Positions 56,767-64,000 of a stretch of DNA of 64,000 nt are shown piece after piece. The notes under the pieces are model-generated. The model saw only the letters and a list, made by a program, of their open reading frames with translations, did no database searches and was not told where the DNA came from. A program made the translations under genes and the position numbers. The number at the start of each line of letters is the position of its first letter. Position 1 is the stretch's first letter. Source of the stretch: Felis catus (Eukaryota); contig NC_058368.1 of NCBI RefSeq assembly GCF_018350175.1, positions 131,566,001-131,630,000 on the forward strand. Reading direction: 5' to 3'.

Positions 56767-58857
56767 ATCAGTTTTTTTTTTAAAGCAAAAATCTAGCCTT
56801 CTGGAAAAGAAACTCTGGAAATCAAAATGCACATAACACACATCAAAAAAAAAAAAAAGATTCAAAGAGACTTAGTTGTCTGGGGTGTCCATGCAGACAA
56901 GCCCTGGGGGTACAGTCATGACTGACATAAATTACTATTATTGGTGCCAATTTAAGTCTCTATGTTGCAAAAAAGAAAAAAAAAGATAGTTTATAACTTT
57001 CAAAGTCAACATAGTCTTGCTCTGCATAGCAAGGCTTTCCAAGCTGGAGTCCACCAGTGTCTTTGGAAAGGTAATGTCTTCAGTAGACATAAAGGAAGAG
57101 AAAAAGAGTGGTCCATAATCTTGGAGGAAGGCCAAGTTTGAAGACAGAGAAGCTTGTAGCCAGAGCAGTAAAAGGAAGACGGTTCCGATTTCCATGGGGA
57201 AACCTCAGTTAGGAGTAAGGGGTGGTGGTCATAGTGAAGAGATTAGGAATATGGAAAACTCTGAGAGAAACCATGTGAGGTATCCAGTGTGCATCAGGGA
57301 CAGCGTGGTGCAAAAGAGAATGTGTTATCACCGGGGTGATTGTGTTCCTTCCGGTGTGGATTGCCATGGACACTCACAATAAAAGAAACCAAATACGTGC
57401 ACTGGTCGTGGCAGCGGTGGCAGCAGCAGCAGCAGCAATAGTAGTAACTAGTAGGATGAAAATCTTAATCCTACTTGCACTTATTCCTGTAACTCATCTT
57501 TGTGCAGAGGGGGGGCGTTTCTCATCAAGGCAAGGGATTCATACCACACACTTTACTTTTCAAAACAGAATGTACATAAAGTATGCGTGTAGTCTGTCAA
57601 TCAACACAGAATGTCTACATGTCCAGACTATAAGTATTACTTTAATTGACTCTCACTTGCTTGAGTCACTGGATTAAGGGAAGTTCCCCATTCACTCTGT
57701 CAAACCTACTGATTAATGCTCATGTTAGCAAGCATCTTGTAGTACTTGCCTTGGACTTCTGCCCCACCAATCGAATCGTATGCTTATCAAGAGTCAGGTT
57801 ATATTGGTGTCAAAACTTGTTTATGTTTATGCTGTCATTTTGATTAGGTAATATGATGGGATAGGAGGGGCAAAAAAGAGAGCTGTTAGTATAAAAACTA
57901 AGTCACTGAATTACTTCACAAAGTGACCGTAACAGTGAGCGGATAAGAAAAAACTTATTATCGGATTAGGTATGGACAAGATTATAAAAGGCTATGAACA
58001 ATAATCATTAAATTCTAGGAAGAGTCTAGACATCACAAGTGTCTTTAAGTTCTGATGCACTTTAGAGAAACTGAAACGGGGAATTGGAGATGCCATATTG
58101 CGAGTGTGGTTTTTGCCAGATGGAGAACTCCACAGTTAAAGAGAAGGTCCTAGCCTTTCACCAGAAGACTGGTGGGGGAATATGCAATTATGTGTCAGCT
58201 TAAAATAACAGTTTAAGATACAGAGTTATAGGAAACCTATTAACCACTCAATTGCCACTCATTGGGTAAGTTTTACTGTATCTGTGGGGATGTACACTTT
58301 GGATTTTCTGAGTTTATTTCTCACTAGAAGCTTAGCTAAAATCATTTATATTCAGGAGAAATATCCTAGAAATATGTTAGCCATGAGTTTCTCTAACTTC
58401 TATCCCTGGATTAGGTCAGATCCCCAAAAAAGTTACATTGCAAACCATTTCCTCTAGATTATGACGGGAATTCCTTCACCAAAATATGATTTAAGTGTTA
58501 GATTCTTGAATTTTATGGAGGACCCATAAAAGAAATGATCATAGGAAGAATATCTCTGTCTGGTTTGTCAAACTGATATCTAAGCTTTCTAATACACCGT
58601 TCAAAGCCTGGTGCATGAAGAATCACATGATAAACTTCACTTAGTGCGAAACGCCTGAAGGCATCCGTGGGAAGAGTAGAAAAGAGAAGAGGAGAGAAAT
58701 CATAGTTCTAGACATAACTGTCCCAACCAATTAATTACAAAGCTCTTTTTTCCTTCTGCTTTAACATTTCTTGTGGATTTCTGAATTTTAAAAGTTGATA
58801 AACCTAATACGTATGCATTATTTCCTAAACCACATGTACAGCTAATTCTCTTCCTCT

Positions 58858-59320
58858 GATTTTTTAATTGAAGTATATAGTTGATATACATTCCATTAGT
58901 TTCAGGTGTACAACACGGTGATCTGACCAATCTCTATGTTATGCAGTGCTCACCAGAAGTACAGCCACCATCTGTCACTATACAATGCCATTACAATACC
59001 AATGAGTATATTCCCTATGCTGTAGCTTTCATCCCCGGATCTTACTGATTCCATAAATGGAAGCCTGGATCTCGCACTCAGCTTCACCCATTCTGCCCAT
59101 CCCCTCACCTTTGGGAACGACCAGTTTGTTCTCTCTTTATGAGTCAGTTTCTGCTTTGTCTGTCCATTTGTCTTGTCTTTTAAATTCCACATAATAAGTG
59201 AAATCATATGGTATTTGTCTTTCTCTGACTTATTTCAGTAGCATAATGTCCTCTAGCCCCATCCATGTTGTCACAAATGGCAAGATCTCATTATTTTTAT
59301 GGCTAAGTTATACACACACA

Positions 59321-59371
<51 letters not shown>

Positions 59372-61942
59372 CTATGATGTATACCAGATCTTCTTTATCC
59401 AGAAGGACACAGGTTGCTTCCATATCTTGGCTATTGTAACTAATGCTGCAACAAATGTAGGGGTGCATATATCTTTTTGAATTCATGTTTACAGGTTTTT
59501 GGGGGGAAATATCCAATGGTGGAATCACTAGATTGTATGATGTCTATTTTTAACTTTTTGAGGAATTCCATACTGTTTTCCACAGTGGCTGCAACAGTTT
59601 GCATTCCCACCAACAGTGCACAAGGGTTTCTTTTTCTCCACATCCTCGCCAACACTTGTTATTTCTTGTCTTTTTTGATAATAGCCATTCTGAAAAGTGT
59701 GAGATGATATCTCTTTGTGGTTTTGATTTGCATTTCCCTGATGACTAGTGATGTTGCGCATCCTTTCATGTGTCTGTTGGCCATCTGTATGTCTCCTCTG
59801 CAAAAAGGTATACTCAGTTTCTATGCACATTTTTAATTGGATTATTTGATTAATTACTGTTGAGTTGTATATGTTCTTTTTATATTTTGGATATTAACCC
59901 CATATCAGATATATCCTTTGCAAATATCTTCTCCCATTCAGTAGGTTGCCGTTTCATCTTGTTGATGGTTTCCTTGGCTGTGCAAAAGCTTTTTGCTTTT
60001 GCTGTATCCCAATAGTTTATTTTTGCTTTTGTTTCCCTTGCCTTAGGAGGCATATTTGGAAAAATATTGCTAAGGCCAATGTCAGAGATTACTACTTATG
60101 TTTTCTACTAGAATTTCTATAACTTCAAGTCCCACATTTAGATCTTTAATCCATTTTGAGCTTATTTTTGTGTATGGTGTGAGGAAGTGATCCAATTCCA
60201 TTATTTTCCATGTAGCTGTCCAGTTTTCTTAAAACCGTTTATCAAAAAGATTGTCTTTTCCCCATTGTATATTCTTGCCACTTTTGTCATAGATTAATAG
60301 ACCATATAAGCATGGGATTATTTCTGGACTTTCTATTCTGTTCTATTGATCTATGTGTCTATTTCTGAGCCAGTACCATATGGTTTTGATTTCTGTAGCT
60401 TTGTAGTGTATTTTGAAATCTAGGGTTGTGATACCTACAGCTTTGTACTTCTTCCTCAAGATTGCTTTGGTTATTTGGGGTCTTTTGTGTTTCCATAAAA
60501 ATTTTAGCATTATTTATTCTAATCCTGTGAACAATACTACTGGTATTTTGATAGTGACTGCATTAAACGCATAGATTGCTTTGGATAGTATGGATATTTT
60601 AACAATATTAATTCTTCCAATCTATGAGTATGTAATGTCTTTCCTTTTCTTTGTGTCATCTTCAATTTCTTTCATTATTGCTTTATAGCTTTTAGAGTAC
60701 AGATCTTTCACCTCCTTGAGTAGGTTTATTCTTGGCCATTGTAAAGGGAATTGTTTTCTTGATTTCTCTTTCTGCTACTTCATTATTAGTGTATGGAAAT
60801 GCAATTGATTTTTTATATTAACTTTATACCCTGAAACCTCACTGAATTCATTTATTACTTCCAATAGTTTCTTGGTAGAGTCTTACAATTTCCTATTTAT
60901 AGTATCGTGTTACCTGCAAATAGTAACAGTTTAATTTCTTCCCTACCAATTTGGATTCCTTTTATTTTTTTATTGTCTGAATGCTATGGCTAGGATTTCC
61001 ACTACTAATGTTGAATAAAAGTAGAGAGAGTGGACATCATGGTCTTATTTCTGATCTTAGGGGAGAAGCTCTTAATTGGTCACCATTAACTATGATATTA
61101 GCTGTAGGTTTGTTACATCTGGCCTTTATTATGGTGAGATATGTTCCCTCTAAACCCACTTTGTTTAGAAATTTTATCATGAATGGATGTTGAATTTTGT
61201 CACATGCCTTCTCTGCATCTTTTGAGATGACCATATGATTTTTATCCTTCATTTTGTTAATGTGATATATCATGTATTATGTATATATTGGTTTGCAGAC
61301 ACTGAAATATTCTTGCATCTCCAGAATAAATCCCACTTGATCGTGGTGAATGATCTTTTAAATGTGCTGTTGAATGCAGTTTGCTAATACCTTATTAAGA
61401 ATTTCTGCCTCTATGTTCATCAGGAATACTGGCCTGTAGTTTTCTTTTTTGTGGTGGCTTTGTCTGGTTTGGACATCAGGGTAATGCTGGCCTCATAGAA
61501 TATATTTGGAAGCTTTCCATCCTCTTCTATTTTTTTTTAATAGAGGAAAACAGGTATTAACTCTTCGTTTAATGTTTTGTAGGATTCACCTGTGAATACA
61601 TCTGCTCCTGGGTTTGGGTTCCTTAGGAGTTTTTTGGTTACCAAATGAATTTCATTACTAGTAATTGGTACATTCATATTTTCTATTTCTTCACGATTCA
61701 GATTTGGCAAACTGTATTTTCCTAGGACTTTATCCATTTCTTCTAGGTTGTCCAGTTTGTTGGCACACAATTTTTGTAGTAGTCTCTCATAATCCTTTGT
61801 ATTTCTATAGTGTCAATTGTTACTTCTCCTTTTGCTTCTGATTTTATTTAAGTCCTCTTTCTTGATGAGGCTAGCTAAAAGTTTCTCAATTTTTTTTTAT
61901 CTTTTCAAAGAACCAGCTTCCTGTTTTGTTGATGTTTTCTAT
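58858..61942 (-). mobile_element. Decayed LINE-1 (L1_Carn-like), 3' UTR to mid-ORF2, containing (CA)n at ~59311-59370
   Basis: Minus-strand ORF2 remnants ([28 protein letters not shown]); T-rich end at ~58860. Confidence 0.95.
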
Positions 61943-62232
61943 ATGCTGCCAAAAAGAGACCCACTTCAGACCAAAAGACACACACAGACTGAAAGTGTAG
62001 GAATGGGAAAAGATACTCCATGTAAATGGAAGTTAAAACAAAAAAGCCAGGTTAGCAATACTTATCACACAAAACAGACTTTAAAACAAAGACTGTAACA
62101 GAAGAAAAAGAAGAGCAATACATAATGACAAAGAGATCAATCCACCAAGAAGATATAACAATTATAAATATCTATGTGCCCAACACTGGAGCATCTAAGT
62201 ACATAAGGCAAATACTGACAGATATAAAGGTG
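61943..62232 (+). mobile_element. L1 ORF2 endonuclease segment in the opposite orientation (probable 5' inversion of the adjacent L1)
   Basis: Degenerate ETHFRPKDTHRLKV.GWEKI and ITIINIY.PN motifs on the + strand, abutting the minus-strand L1. Confidence 0.85.
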
Positions 62233-63163
62233 AATATAGGCTTTTAATTCTCTTGGGTAAATGCCTAGGAGTAAAATGCTGGATCATAGGATAGGTACAT
62301 GTTTAGCGTGAGTTTTTGTAGCCACAGTTTTTGTAAAGGGACAATACCTATTACCCTCCCCAAATCAATGTGCAGAAATTCTTCTCACCAAAGCTTGATA
62401 TTATTTCTCTTTTTCATTTTAGCTTTCCGGTAAGCAGACATTTTGAAAATCAGGTTTTCTGAGATAATAGACCACAGCTTCTCAGTGTTGGCACACATAG
62501 AAATTTCAAAGCTTTCTACCTTAAAAAGCACTTTCCGTCGTTGGCTATTACCCTTCAGTAAACCAAATCCAATATTAAAAACAGGTAAACATAATTCAAG
62601 ATGTTTCATGATAAAGAGATAATTTAATTCTCCTTTAAAGTGAGCTAAATTTAAAAAATAAATAAAGTGAGCTAAATTTAATATAATGATTAGGACAATC
62701 CTGTCAGAAAGAGTCTCACTGCAAATTATGAAGATATAGGAAGTATTATCATCTAAATGTACTAGTAAGAATCGAGTCACTTAAATGGTGATGGAAATTC
62801 TTCACTGATATATCCATTGCAATTTGCATTCTGTATAAGCAGTGAGTTTGGAGATGATGGTTCTGTTTCCACTTCTCATTTTTATTTTAATGAACTATAT
62901 TCGAAATCATCATTCACTATGATCAGAATTATAAACTACAGTTTTGAAAGACACTAGCAAGTCTTTGGAGGGGAAATAATGAAATAGAATAACTGCCCAC
63001 TTACAATTAAATACTGATTATTTTGTATTTGACTCCTAATCTTTCTCTCTCTTTCATGCAGTTTTTGTTTGATATCTGAATATCTGAAACTTGACAAAGT
63101 AAATATATGACACTGCAGTCGAGTTATCCTCACAATTTCTTGTTGCATTAAATAAACATTTAT

Positions 63164-63390
63164 GGGGCGCCTGGGTGGCGCAGTCGGTTAAGCGTCCGAC
63201 TTCAGCCAGGTCACGATCTCGCGGTCCGTGGGTTCGAGCCCCGCATCAGGCTCTGGGCTGATGGCTCAGAGCCTGGAGCCTGTTTCCGATTCTGTGTCTC
63301 CCTCTCTCTCTGCCCCTCCCCAGTTCATGCTCTGTCTCTCTCTGTCCCAAAAATAAATAAACGTTGAAAAAAAATATAAAAAAAAAAAAA
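63164..63390 (+). mobile_element. Young SINEC_Fc, TSD AAACATTTAT
   Basis: Nearly identical to the 43967 copy, CpGs retained, long A tail. Confidence 0.95.
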
Positions 63391-63925
63391 CATTTATTTG
63401 TGTTAATATGACACACAAAATTGGTTGTCAACACCATCACCTAATCATTTCTTTCTTACACGTACCATGGTAAATCTACTATAAAATCTGTTCACACATT
63501 TGCCATAATAAGATGGAATACATATTTAGGTTTAAAACTGAAGGGATAAAAGTATTAGAAAATAATAGAGATACACATTTACATAATTAAGGTTGGGAAA
63601 GGCCTTTCTAAAAATGAACCCAAGCCAGTGACCATCAATAAAATGTTGTATACATTTGCTATGTGAAAATTTTACATTTCTATATGCAAGTGAAATAACC
63701 ACATAGAAACAGATAAATTCAGAATGTGAAATATCTTACTGGACAGCTGACCCAATCTCTTCCAAAAAAGCTAATGTCTTGGGGAAAAAAGGTAAGAGAC
63801 TGTTCTAGAGTAAGAAGAGACAAAGGAGACCTAACACCTTGTATGAGCTTTCACTGACTTTTGGTTTAGAAAAATTGAAAAAGATTTTAGGGACTTTTGA
63901 GAAAATTTGAAAATTTGAATACTCT

Positions 63926-64000
63926 GGGGCGCCTGGGTGGCTCAGTCAGTTAAGCGCCTGACTTTGGCTCAGGTCATGATCTCATGGTTCATGAGTTTGA
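63926..64000 (+). mobile_element. CanSINE head (cut by the window end)
   Basis: GGGGCGCCTGGGTGGCTCAG head. Confidence 0.92.

Noticed and set aside
57336..57677. 113-aa ORF with poly-Ala and a hydrophobic stretch
   Set aside because: Arises from a short (GCA)n/(GTA)n repeat; no homology or splice support.

Overview
Mammalian genomic DNA, almost certainly from a cat-family carnivore (dense tRNA-derived CanSINEs of SINEC_Fc type and carnivore/felid LINE-1). The only protein-coding gene I can support is the 5' end of RGS7BP (R7BP, the neuronal RGS7-family binding protein) on the + strand: a CpG-island promoter (~24.6-25.45 kb), coding exon 1 (ATG 25274 to 25438), an 891-nt intron 1, exon 2 (26330-26496), and an intron 2 that runs past the window end. 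The rest is intergenic (1 to ~24.5 kb) or intronic DNA full of decayed L1, L2, MIR, MaLR/ERVL LTRs, Tigger/mariner/hAT MITEs, SINEs and microsatellites. Nearly all entries in the ORF track are L1 remnants or chance ORFs. I see no new multi-gene system. The best leads are regulatory: a 99-codon out-of-frame ORF that starts 10 nt before the RGS7BP ATG and reads across the exon 1-2 junction, two further uORFs, and an RE1/NRSE-like site. There are also several retrotransposition footprints (two SINEs at the same target site, a 5'-inverted L1, a TSD-only scar, a nested TE stack). Repeat family names come from recalled consensus motifs, not from a search, and repeat boundaries are approximate.
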